NCBI GenBank assembly: GCA_050741255.1
Contig: JBOIEQ010000002.1
Coordinates: 4,782 to 68,781 of the forward strand
DNA length: 64,000 nucleotides
DNA from: Burkholderiales bacterium
GTDB taxonomy: Bacteria > Pseudomonadota > Gammaproteobacteria > Burkholderiales > SG8-41
Direction: 5' to 3'
Positions 16,935 to 24,913 of this stretch are shown here, in pieces. Numbering within the stretch: the stretch's first letter is position 1; each line of letters opens with the position of its first letter. The position numbers were made by a program, and so were the translations under genes. Under the pieces are notes generated by a model. That model was not told the origin of the DNA, did no database searches, and worked only from the letters and a program-made list of their open reading frames with translations.

Positions 16935-18923
16935 TCAGCGGAAAGCGTACTGCGCGGTCATGAAGAAATTCCGCTGCGGCGACGGATAGGCCGAGAACGT
17001 CGGGAAGCCCGTGAACACGCCGTACGAGAAGTATTTTTCGTCGAACAGGTTCTTGATCCCCGCGGTCAGCAGCCATGTCTTGATCTCGTAGACGGCCTTC
17101 AGGTCGACCACCGTATAGGCCGGCATCATCTGGTTGAAGGTGTTGGTCTCGTCGCTGTCGAAACGCTGCTGGCCGACGTAGCTCACCTGCCCGGAGAGGC
17201 GCAGGCGGTCGAGCGCCCGCCAGGTGATGCTCGCGTTGGCCGCGTTGCGCGGCACCAGCGGCACCTCGTTGCCGGCGAGCGGCACGCCGCCCACCGCCCC
17301 GGACACAAACTCCGAATCCGCGTAGGTGTAGTTGGCCGACACCGTGACGCTTTCCCCGAGATTGGCGCGGCCGGAGATTTCCACGCCACGCCGGCGCGTC
17401 GGCGGCAGGTTCACGTTATTGCCGGTGAACGGGTTGAGGTGGATCTCGTTGCTGGTCTCGATGTTGTAGAGCGCGATGCGCGCACCGTAGGCGCCGCCGT
17501 TCCACTCGGTGCCCAGTTCCTGCTGGTGGGATTTCTGCGGCTGCAGCAGGTTGATCGCGCCGGTGAAGATGTTGAAGTTGTCGTTGATGTTGGGCAGGCG
17601 GAAACTGAAGCCCGCCTTGGCGAGCAGCGACACGCCCTTGCCCACGTCCTGCCGCGCGGCGAGCTCCCACGCCGACAGCGTGGGCGTCTGGCTGGTGGAA
17701 AAGGCCGGCACCGGATTGCTCGCGCCGTAGTCCGTGCGCTGGATACGGCCGCCGGCGGACAGCGTGGTGGCGGTCGCGAAGCGCGCGGTGTACTGCGCAT
17801 AGCCCGCCAGCGAACGCTGGAAGCCTTCCGGCACGTTCAGGATGCCGAAGGCGGGAGTGGAATTCGTCGCCTGATAGTTCCAGTTTTCCCAGTCCACACC
17901 GCCGATCACCACCTGGTCGACGCCGCCGGCGGAAAACGGCAGCCGGACGCGCGGCGCGAAGGTCCACACGTCGCTTTGCGCATCGCTCAGGCTGGGGCCG
18001 AAGGCCGTGCCCAGGAAGAACCGGCCGTGGGAGACGCGCTGGCGGTAGGTCAGGTTGGCCGCCAGATCGGCGTCGCCCACCGAGACGTTGCCGCCCAGGT
18101 TGGCGTAACCGGTGGCGAGGGTGCCGTTGTCGTAGGCAAACAGCGCCTGGCGCGGGTTGGCGGCAATCTGCGCCTGGCTGATGGCGCCGGGCAGCCCGAA
18201 CGCCTGGTCGTTGCCGCCCAGCTTGAGGGACACCCCGTTGCGGCTGTTGCCCCAGCGCAGGTCGGCGAGCGCCGAGCGATTGCGAAAGCTGTTGTTATCG
18301 CGATAGCCGTTGCCGTTCTCGTAGGTGCCGATCGCGGCCGCCTCGAAATTCTCGCCGGCGTAGTTGAAAGCGGCGCTACCGGTAAGCGTGTTGTAACTCG
18401 CCACCCCGCCGCCCAGCGTCACCTGGCTGCGCTGCGCCGAGGGCGACTTGGTGATGATGTTGATGGTGCCGCCGGTGGCGCCGCCGCCATAGAGCACCGC
18501 GCCGCTGCCGTAGAGGATTTCGATTCGTTCCACCGCCTCCAGCGGGATCGCGGACCAGTTCACCGTGGTCTGTTCGTTTTCCGACACACGCTGGCCGTCG
18601 ACCAGCACCAGCGTGTTCTGGTCGCCGGTCGAGCCGAAGCCGCGCATATCGACTTGGAAATTGGGATTGCCGGTGTCGCGCACCCGGATGCCAGCCAGCT
18701 GGCCCAGCAGTTCGGGCACCGTGCGCGCGGCGGAATTGCGGATGTCGGCCGCGGACACGACGGTCACCCCGATCGGCAGACGTTCCTCGTCGGCCGGAAA
18801 GCGGGTGGCGGTGACGACCACTTCGGGCGCCCGCGGCACGGGTTCGCCGGCGTAGAGGTTGCAGGACAACAATGCGGAAAACGCGCCGGCGGATGCGAGG
18901 GCGCGGAACAGGACGTGCTGCAT
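16935..18923 (-). CDS. btuB: TonB-dependent outer membrane receptor, cobalamin/corrinoid-type (riboswitch controlled)
   Basis: The start was chosen at MQHVLFRAL (GGGAG 9 nt upstream). It has a signal peptide, a TonB box-like EVVVTATRF, a plug domain and a C-terminal aromatic residue (...AQYAFR). A cobalamin riboswitch lies in the 5' leader. Confidence 0.8.
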   Translation of the reverse strand: MQHVLFRALASAGAFSALLSCNLYAGEPVPRAPEVVVTATRFPADEERLPIGVTVVSAADIRNSAARTVPELLGQLAGIRVRDTGNPNFQVDMRGFGSTGDQNTLVLVDGQRVSENEQTTVNWSAIPLEAVERIEILYGSGAVLYGGGATGGTINIITKSPSAQRSQVTLGGGVASYNTLTGSAAFNYAGENFEAAAIGTYENGNGYRDNNSFRNRSALADLRWGNSRNGVSLKLGGNDQAFGLPGAISQAQIAANPRQALFAYDNGTLATGYANLGGNVSVGDADLAANLTYRQRVSHGRFFLGTAFGPSLSDAQSDVWTFAPRVRLPFSAGGVDQVVIGGVDWENWNYQATNSTPAFGILNVPEGFQRSLAGYAQYTARFATATTLSAGGRIQRTDYGASNPVPAFSTSQTPTLSAWELAARQDVGKGVSLLAKAGFSFRLPNINDNFNIFTGAINLLQPQKSHQQELGTEWNGGAYGARIALYNIETSNEIHLNPFTGNNVNLPPTRRRGVEISGRANLGESVTVSANYTYADSEFVSGAVGGVPLAGNEVPLVPRNAANASITWRALDRLRLSGQVSYVGQQRFDSDETNTFNQMMPAYTVVDLKAVYEIKTWLLTAGIKNLFDEKYFSYGVFTGFPTFSAYPSPQRNFFMTAQYAFR

Positions 18924-19014
18924 GAAAAGAACTCCCAGTCGGACGCATGCCCTCCGCATGCGGTTGCGTAAGGGAACGCCGGGGATGAGTCATCCACACA
19001 GCGGTTCCCAACCG

Positions 19015-19262
19015 CCGACTGAGGCCGGTCTACGGGCTCGCGAGTCTTGGCGCGCCGCCTTCCCGCGCAAGCTGGTTGCACAGTGGCTTCGTGGCGCGCC
19101 CGCACTCGCCTACCGTTGCGGGGGCAGCACAGGAATTGGGAGCAGGATTCGGGATACAGGAGTCAGGATCCAGTAAACCCACCACTGAATCCCGCATCCC
19201 GAATCCTGCATCCTGCTTTCCGCACCTGTTTCCCGATTATCCCGGCCGGCGAAACCGGCACG
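19015..19262 (-). promoter_or_regulatory. Cobalamin (B12) riboswitch aptamer in the leader of the TonB-dependent receptor
   Basis: Read on the minus strand: GGGAA-ACAGG-UGCGGAA...CCUGU-GCUGCCCCCGCAACGGUA (plus coordinates 19111-19234). There is also a B12 box, AGCCCGUAGACCGGCC (plus 19023-19038), which fits the consensus rAGYCMGgAgaCCkGCc. Confidence 0.75.
19141..19217. repeat. Tandem-unit hairpin element (unit about 7 nt, NCRGGAT) inside the riboswitch
   Basis: The arms at 19141-19171 and 19187-19217 are imperfect inverted copies. Each is built of four 7-nt units (AGCAGGAT TCGGGAT ACAGGAG TCAGGAT). Confidence 0.7.
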
Positions 19263-19462
19263 GGCACCTCGATCGGGCCCGGTGGAGCATTCCCGCCGGG
19301 CGCGCCGATCATAGCCGATTCGGTTCCATTCGCAGCTTCCTAATAGGCCCTTGATTGCTTGGATAGATCAATCTGAAGCGGGCACTCACACATTTGTTAG
19401 CTTGCGCTCACACCCAAAGCCACACTTGCATGGAAACAACATTCAAAAACGGCCCTTAGCGG

Positions 19463-19492
19463 TTGACTTAACGAGATTTTCACGCCTATAGT
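19463..19492 (+). promoter_or_regulatory. Candidate sigma70 promoter (TTGACT-N18-TATAGT), possibly giving a leaderless transcript
   Basis: TTGACT lies at 19463-19468 and TATAGT at 19487-19492. The ATG of the next ORF is at 19499, only 6 nt after the -10 element, and no SD sequence is visible. Confidence 0.35.
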
Positions 19493-19498
19493 GTACCG

Positions 19499-19714
19499 AT
19501 GGAGGCGGAGCTCAAATCGCTTGAGGGCAAGCTCGACCAGCTGGTCACGCTGTGTCTGCGCTTGCGTGGCGACAACCATGCGTTGCGCCAGCAACTGGCC
19601 AGCGCGCTGAACGACAGCAAGCACCTCGCTGAAACAATCACGCAGGCACGTAACCGTCTTGAAACACTGGTCAGCCAGATCCCGGACGATGAATCGGTCG
19701 GCTCGGCGGGATAA
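19499..19714 (+). CDS. TIGR02449-like coiled-coil protein (ZapB-like, conserved upstream of zapA)
   Basis: 71-aa heptad-rich sequence (LKSLEGKLDQLVTLCLRLRGDNHALRQQL...). Its position directly upstream of zapA matches other proteobacteria. Confidence 0.6.
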   Translation: MEAELKSLEGKLDQLVTLCLRLRGDNHALRQQLASALNDSKHLAETITQARNRLETLVSQIPDDESVGSAG

Positions 19715-19720
19715 GCCCAC

Positions 19721-20035
19721 ATGAGCGCCGAAGGGAAGACGATGCCGGTCAGCATCATGGGCCGCGAGTTCCGCGTGGCCTGCACGGACGAGGAACGACC
19801 GCAGCTCACCGCCGCGGTCGAATACCTGAACGGCAAGATGGAAGAAATCCGGGACCGCAGCAAGGTGAGCGGGCTCGACCGCATCGCCATCATGGCCGCG
19901 CTGAACATCGCGCACGAGTACCTCACCACCCGCGTGGGCGGCTCCGGCGCCGACGTCGCCGACGTCAAGCGCCGGATCTCCGGCATGGAAAGCGCCATCG
20001 ATCAGGCGATGGCCGATCAGGACGAGCTGTTCTAG
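19721..20035 (+). CDS. zapA: Cell division protein ZapA
   Basis: VSIMGREFRVACTDEERPQLTAAVEYLNGKMEEIRDRSKVSGLDRIAIMAALNIAHEYL is the ZapA signature. An alternative start at ATG 19742 has a better RBS. Confidence 0.85.
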   Translation: MSAEGKTMPVSIMGREFRVACTDEERPQLTAAVEYLNGKMEEIRDRSKVSGLDRIAIMAALNIAHEYLTTRVGGSGADVADVKRRISGMESAIDQAMADQDELF

Positions 20036-20077
20036 TCCCCTTCCGCGCAACACAACGTTGTTGCCGCGCATCGCCGT

Positions 20078-20297
20078 TGTTCCCGCAGTTGTCCCTTCCG
20101 CTGTTTGGCTCTAAACTCGTTTGGCCTACTGCGGTGTTCGTCAGGGTCGTAAATTCTTTGAACCAATGACTTGATCCGCGGTTGCCGACCTATGTGGCGC
20201 GGGTGTGCGCTCCTACCTGGAAGCGCCCAAAGCGTCCGGAAGGCGACCTTCTTGACCTGCGGTTCAAGATGCCGGCCTAACGGCATCTGCGGGGGCC
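20078..20297 (+). ncRNA. ssrS: 6S RNA candidate (boundaries approximate)
   Basis: The location immediately downstream of zapA is the conserved synteny. The 5' CCCGCAG pairs with the 3' CUGCGGG, and internal UUGAACC/GGUUCAA and CCGCGGUU segments resemble E. coli 6S. An intrinsic terminator follows. Confidence 0.6.
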
Positions 20298-20310
20298 TCG
20301 ATTCCGGAAC

Positions 20311-20349
20311 GCGGTGGCGCCGCTGACTCTCGCGCGCCACCGCGTTTTT
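20311..20349 (+). terminator. Rho-independent terminator
   Basis: Stem GCGGTGGCGC (20311-20320) pairs with GCGCCACCGC (20334-20343). The loop is 13 nt and a GTTTTT tract follows. Confidence 0.7.
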
Positions 20350-20364
20350 CTTGGTGAGGGCCAC

Positions 20365-20832
20365 ATGCGCTACTGGCTGATGAAGTCCGAACCGGACGCC
20401 TACTCGATCGACGACCTGCAGCGTGACAAGACGACCGCCTGGGTCGGTGTGCGCAACTACCAGGCCCGCAATTTCATGCGCGACCAGATGCAGATCGGCG
20501 ACGGCGTCCTGTATTACCACTCCAGTTGCGAGGAACCGGGCATCGTGGGCATCGCCGCGGTGAGCCGGAAGGCTTATCCCGACGAAACCCAGTTCGACCG
20601 CAAGAGTCCGTACTACGACAAGGCGGCGACCCGGGACAACCCGCGCTGGCTGCATGTCGACGTGAAATTCGTGCGCAAGACACCGCTCGTGTCGCTGGAC
20701 GAGTTGCGCAAGCATCCGGCGCTGAAGAACATGCGCACTCTGCAGCGCGGCAACCGGCTGTCGATCACGCCGGTCGATCCGGCGGAGTGGACCTACCTCA
20801 AAGGCTTGTTGGGGAAAACGGGCGGAAGCTAG
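20365..20832 (+). CDS. EVE domain-containing protein
   Basis: Internal ATG of ORF 20314..20832 with a GAGG RBS. MRYWLMKSEPDAYSIDDL...WVGVRNYQARNFMRD...VLYYHS is the EVE/PUA-like signature. Confidence 0.8.
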   Translation: MRYWLMKSEPDAYSIDDLQRDKTTAWVGVRNYQARNFMRDQMQIGDGVLYYHSSCEEPGIVGIAAVSRKAYPDETQFDRKSPYYDKAATRDNPRWLHVDVKFVRKTPLVSLDELRKHPALKNMRTLQRGNRLSITPVDPAEWTYLKGLLGKTGGS

Positions 20833-21090
20833 AGCCTGTTATGGACCTAAACGGTTGCGGCGGGAGTCGGGGTTCAGTGCTAGGAGCCGCTCGCGCCGCA
20901 GTGCCGGACACTGCAAGCGGGCGGCGACAACGCAATGGACCCCGAATCCCGCGTTCCCTTCGGGTTGAGCCAGAAGCGCCCGTCTGCGTCGTTGCTCGTG
21001 GCAGTGAGGGTCACCGCGGCCTCCTCACGCCTTGCAACCGCGCCCTTTTGGCTCAACGCCGCGCACGTTTAGGTCCATAACAGGCTCTAG
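20829..21090. mobile_element. MITE-like non-autonomous element E1 (262 bp, perfect 25-bp terminal inverted repeats)
   Basis: CTAGAGCCTGTTATGGACCTAAACG at 20829-20853 is the exact reverse complement of 21066-21090. There is no ORF with a recognisable transposase inside. Internal inverted repeats are present. Confidence 0.5.
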
Positions 21091-21578
21091 GGCTGCGGTT
21101 CCTCGGGCGGCAGCGCGAGGGCGGGGGCCAGTGCTTCGGCGCCCTGCGGACTCGGCCGCAGACCGATGCCGACCGTGGGCAACGCCGGCTGCGTCGCGCG
21201 CCACTCGCCCGGAGAAAACTCACCGGCAGTCACCCGCTCCTCGAATCGCAGTGACGGTGCCGACTCCCGGCCTTGCGGCTTGCCGGCCCCGAGGAAGCGC
21301 TGCGTGTTGTAGCCGCCCACCCGCAACCCGTCGAAACCATCGCGGTTGAAATTGAACTCCAGGGAAGGCGGTCGCACCGATGCGGGCGGCGGGCCCAGCG
21401 TGGCCTGCGGGCGCGAATAGCCCAGGGTGAAGCCGAATTGTGCTGGTTCCTGCTCGGCCCCGGTGCCGCCGATCGGGACCCGCAACACCAGCATGGCCGT
21501 CGGTTGCTGCGCGCAGACGGGAAAGCCGGCCGCCGCCAGCGCCGTACCGATGATCCAACGACAAATCGTCCGCTGCAT
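21087..21578 (-). CDS. Hypothetical secreted protein (signal peptide, Pro/Gly-rich)
   Basis: This is the last 163 codons of ORF 21087..22853, starting at ATG 21578 with a GGAGGGA RBS. It has a signal peptide MQRTICRWIIGTALAAAGFPVCAQQ. No family was recognised. Confidence 0.5.
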   Translation of the reverse strand: MQRTICRWIIGTALAAAGFPVCAQQPTAMLVLRVPIGGTGAEQEPAQFGFTLGYSRPQATLGPPPASVRPPSLEFNFNRDGFDGLRVGGYNTQRFLGAGKPQGRESAPSLRFEERVTAGEFSPGEWRATQPALPTVGIGLRPSPQGAEALAPALALPPEEPQP

Positions 21579-21688
21579 GCTCCCTCCTGCAGGTCTTGCC
21601 CACGCGTTGCCGAGGCGAGAAATATTACTCGCGCTGGCTAGACTGGCAAGAGGGTGGCGAAAATTCCCGTAAGTATATGAAATTAAAT

Positions 21689-22912
21689 CTAAATTGCGCC
21701 AGCCTTGCGCAGCTTGTCGCAGTCGGCGGCAGACAGTTCCAGCATCTCCTGCAAGACCGAGTCCGTGTGCTGCCCCAGCACCGGCGGCGGCGTTTCGTGC
21801 GCGATCGGCGTGCCGCTGAAGCGCATGGGACTGCGTACGAGCGGCACCTTGCCCGCGAGCGGGTGCGGCAGCTCGAACTTCAAACCCCGCGCCACCACCT
21901 GCGGCTCGCGGAACACCTGGTCGATCGTGTTGATTGGGCCGTTCGCCACGCCGCCCGCGTCGAGCGCCTCGCACCAGGCCTGCGTCGTGCGCTGCGCGAA
22001 GATTTTTTCGAGCAACGCGGTGATCGCCACGCGGTTTTCGACCCGCTTGCCGTTGGTGGCGAAGCGCGGGTCGGCCGCCAGTTCGCCGCAGCCGGCGATC
22101 TCGCAGAACCTGGCGAACAGGTTGTCGTTGCCGCAGGCGAGGATGATCGCGCCGTCCTGTGTCTTGAACGTCTGGTAGGGCACGATGTTCGGATGCGCGT
22201 TGCCGATACGGCCGGGTGCTTCGCCGGTGGCGAGGTAGTTCATGCCCTGATTGGCGAGGAAGGCCACCTGCGTGTCGAGCAACGCCACATCGATGTAGTT
22301 GCCCTCGCCCGTGCGGGCGCGGTGCGCGAGCGCGGCGCAGATCGCAATCGTCGCGTACATGCCGGTCATCATGTCCACGATCGGCACACCCACGCGCTGC
22401 GGACCGCCCCCGGGCAGGTGATCCTGTTCGCCGGTCACACTCATCAGCCCGCCCATGCCCTGCGCCATGAAGTCGTAGCCGGGACGATCCTTGTACGGCC
22501 CGGTCTGGCCGAAGCCGGTGACCGAGCAGTAAATAAGCCCGGGGTTGTCCTTGCGCAGGTCTTCGTAGCCCAGCCCGTAGCGCGCAAGGTCGCCGACCTT
22601 GTAGTTTTCGATGAGCACATCGCACTTCGCCGCCAGCCGGCGCACCAGCGCCTGGCCCTCCGGTCTGGCGAGGTTGACCGTGACGGACCGCTTGGCGCGG
22701 TTGGCGGCGGCGAAGTACGCGGATTCCGTGGTGTCGCGGCCCTCGGCATCCTTCAACCAGGGCGGACCGAACGCGCGCGAGTCGTCGCCCTTGCCCGGGC
22801 GCTCGACCTTGATGACATCCGCGCCGAGGTCGGCGAGATTCTGCCCGGCCCACGGCCCGGCGAGCACGCGCGAGAGGTCGAGCACGCGGATATGGGATAA
22901 CGGTCCTGCCAT
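21689..22912 (-). CDS. CaiB/BaiF family III CoA-transferase
   Basis: Internal ATG of ORF 21689..22981. LSHIRVLDLSRVLAGPWAGQNLADLGADVIKVERPGKGDDSR is the family signature. Confidence 0.85.
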   Translation of the reverse strand: MAGPLSHIRVLDLSRVLAGPWAGQNLADLGADVIKVERPGKGDDSRAFGPPWLKDAEGRDTTESAYFAAANRAKRSVTVNLARPEGQALVRRLAAKCDVLIENYKVGDLARYGLGYEDLRKDNPGLIYCSVTGFGQTGPYKDRPGYDFMAQGMGGLMSVTGEQDHLPGGGPQRVGVPIVDMMTGMYATIAICAALAHRARTGEGNYIDVALLDTQVAFLANQGMNYLATGEAPGRIGNAHPNIVPYQTFKTQDGAIILACGNDNLFARFCEIAGCGELAADPRFATNGKRVENRVAITALLEKIFAQRTTQAWCEALDAGGVANGPINTIDQVFREPQVVARGLKFELPHPLAGKVPLVRSPMRFSGTPIAHETPPPVLGQHTDSVLQEMLELSAADCDKLRKAGAI

Positions 22913-22934
22913 GTTCACTCCATCATCAGGTTGG

Positions 22935-23006
22935 CCGCCAAGACGCCAAGAGCGCCAAGGAAATGCGTAACGCCAGTGCACTCACGACCTCTTGGCGCCT
23001 TGGCGG
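22935..23006. repeat. Tandem-unit hairpin element (8-nt unit CGCCAAGA)
   Basis: The left arm CCGCCAAGACGCCAAGAGCGCCAAGG (22935-22960) pairs with the right arm CCTCTTGGCGCCTTGGCGG (22988-23006). It lies in the intergenic region between the hydratase and CoA-transferase genes. Confidence 0.65.
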
Positions 23007-23011
23007 AAAAT

Positions 23012-23797
23012 TTATCGGCCCGTGAACTTCGGTTTCTTCTTTTGCATGAACGCATCGTAGCCGATGCGGTAATCCTCCGTGTCGAAGTAGTCGAAATTCG
23101 CCTCGACTTCCGCCGCCGTCAGCAACGCCGCCCGCGGCGTCAGACGGCGGATGAACTGCTTGTGCCAGCGATGCACCAGCGGTGCGCCGTCGGCGATGCG
23201 TGCCGCCGTGGCGCGCACTTCCGCGGCCAGCGCGCCGTCGTCCACGAGCCGCGTGAGCAGGCCTTTGGCCAGCGCTTCCTCCGCGTCCCACACGCGGCCC
23301 TCGAGCAGGATCTCCGCCGCAACCGCCGGGCCGGCGAGCGCCAGCAGCCCCGCCAGTTCGTCGTAGGCGATCGCGAAACCCAGCCGATTGATCGGCACGC
23401 CGAAGCGTGCCGAGCGCCCGGCGATGCGCAGGTCGCACTGGCAGGCGAGTTCCAGCCCGCCGCCCACACAGGGCCCGTGGATCATCGCCACCACCGGATG
23501 CCGGCATTCGCCAACCGCCCGGAGCGCGCCGCCCACCAGCGCCCCGTGATAGTGCCGCCCCTGATCCCGGTCGTTGCGCTCGGTGGCGAACTCCGCGATG
23601 TCCGCGCCGGCCGCAAACGCCGCGTCACCCGCCCCGCGCAGGATGACGCAGCGCAGGCCATCGTCCGCCGACAGCGCGCGCACCGCCTCCGCCAGCGCGC
23701 GCCACATGGCGACGGTCAGCGCGTTGAGCTTGCCGGGATTGGCGATGGCGACGGTGGCGATGACGCCGTCGCGGGTGACGTCGATGGTGCCGGGCAT
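23012..23797 (-). CDS. Enoyl-CoA hydratase/isomerase family protein
   Basis: Internal ATG of ORF 23012..23899. Crotonase motifs VILRGAGDAAFAAGADIAEF and GPCVGGGLELACQCDLRIA. It is a paralog of 47915..48703. Confidence 0.85.
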   Translation of the reverse strand: MPGTIDVTRDGVIATVAIANPGKLNALTVAMWRALAEAVRALSADDGLRCVILRGAGDAAFAAGADIAEFATERNDRDQGRHYHGALVGGALRAVGECRHPVVAMIHGPCVGGGLELACQCDLRIAGRSARFGVPINRLGFAIAYDELAGLLALAGPAVAAEILLEGRVWDAEEALAKGLLTRLVDDGALAAEVRATAARIADGAPLVHRWHKQFIRRLTPRAALLTAAEVEANFDYFDTEDYRIGYDAFMQKKKPKFTGR

Positions 23798-23913
23798 GGG
23801 GGAAGCGGGGAAAAGCCGGATGATACGCGCTGGGCAATGCGCCATAATCACGGCGACGCCCTGGCAGCGGCATGCGGATAGGCCGGGCACCGATAACAAG
23901 GAGGAGAACCATC

Positions 23914-24900
23914 GTGAATCGCACCCCCGCCGTGCTGGCCGCGTTCCTGGCCTCGGCTCCCGTCGCCCTGCCCGCGGCCGCCCAGAACGCCGCCGCGACC
24001 TACCCGAACAAGTCCATCCGCTTCGTGGTGCCCTATCCGCCCGGCGGGACCACCGACATCGTCGCGCGCGGCATCGGCATGAAGCTTGCCGAGCGCTTCG
24101 GCCAGCAGGTAGTCATCGACAACCGCGGCGGCGCCAGCACCATCATCGGCGCGGACGCGGTCGCCAAGTCCCTGCCGGACGGCTACACGCTGCTGCTGAC
24201 CACCGCCACCACGATGTCGATCAATCCGCAGGTCGTGCCCAAGCTGCCGTACGACGCGGCAAAGGATTTCGCGCCGATCACCTTCGCGGTCAACGTGCCC
24301 TTCATGATCGCCGCCCATCCGTCGTTGCCGGTCAACACTATGCCCGAGCTGATCGCGCTGGCGAAGGCCAAGCCCGGCACGATCAAGTACTCGTCGCCCG
24401 GCACGGCCTCCAGCAACCACGTTGCCGGGGCACTCCTCGAGTCCATGGCGGGCATCAAGCTGCTGCACATCCCCTACAAGGGCTCGGGGCCCGCGACGAC
24501 GGCGGCGCTCGGCGGCGAGGTGGACTTCGTCATCACCGGTATCGCCACCGCCGCGCCCCACGGGAGGGCGGGCAAGCTGAAGCTTCTCGCCATCGGCGCC
24601 GACCAGCGTCACCCGGGCTGGCCCGACGTTCCTTCCACTGGCGAAGCCGGGCTCAAGGGTTACTACGCGGGCACGTGGTTCGGCGTGGTCACGCGCGCGG
24701 GAACGCCGCGGGCGATCATCGACAAGCTCAACCGGGAATCGGTGGCGGCGCTCTCCGCAGGCGAGTTGAAAGACCGCCTGACCGCGATCGGCTTTGACGT
24801 GGCCCCCGGCACCCCCGAGGAGTTCGCGAGCTTCATGCAGGTCGACATGGCGCGGGCGGCCAAGGTCATCAAGGCGGCCGGCATCCAGGCCGCCGAGTAG
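23914..24900 (+). CDS. Bug family (TctC-like) tripartite tricarboxylate transporter substrate-binding protein
   Basis: GTG start 23914 with AAGGAGGA upstream. It has a signal peptide followed by YPNKSIRFVVPYPPGGTTD, the hallmark Bug N-terminus. Confidence 0.85.
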   Translation: MNRTPAVLAAFLASAPVALPAAAQNAAATYPNKSIRFVVPYPPGGTTDIVARGIGMKLAERFGQQVVIDNRGGASTIIGADAVAKSLPDGYTLLLTTATTMSINPQVVPKLPYDAAKDFAPITFAVNVPFMIAAHPSLPVNTMPELIALAKAKPGTIKYSSPGTASSNHVAGALLESMAGIKLLHIPYKGSGPATTAALGGEVDFVITGIATAAPHGRAGKLKLLAIGADQRHPGWPDVPSTGEAGLKGYYAGTWFGVVTRAGTPRAIIDKLNRESVAALSAGELKDRLTAIGFDVAPGTPEEFASFMQVDMARAAKVIKAAGIQAAE

Positions 24901-24913
24901 GTCGTGCAGACGA

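Noticed and set aside
21579-22853. Upstream 425 codons of the 588-aa ORF 21087..22853.
   Set aside because: This part overlaps, in another frame, the CaiB/BaiF CoA-transferase gene, which has strong motifs. Only the last 163 codons (own RBS, signal peptide) were kept as a gene.
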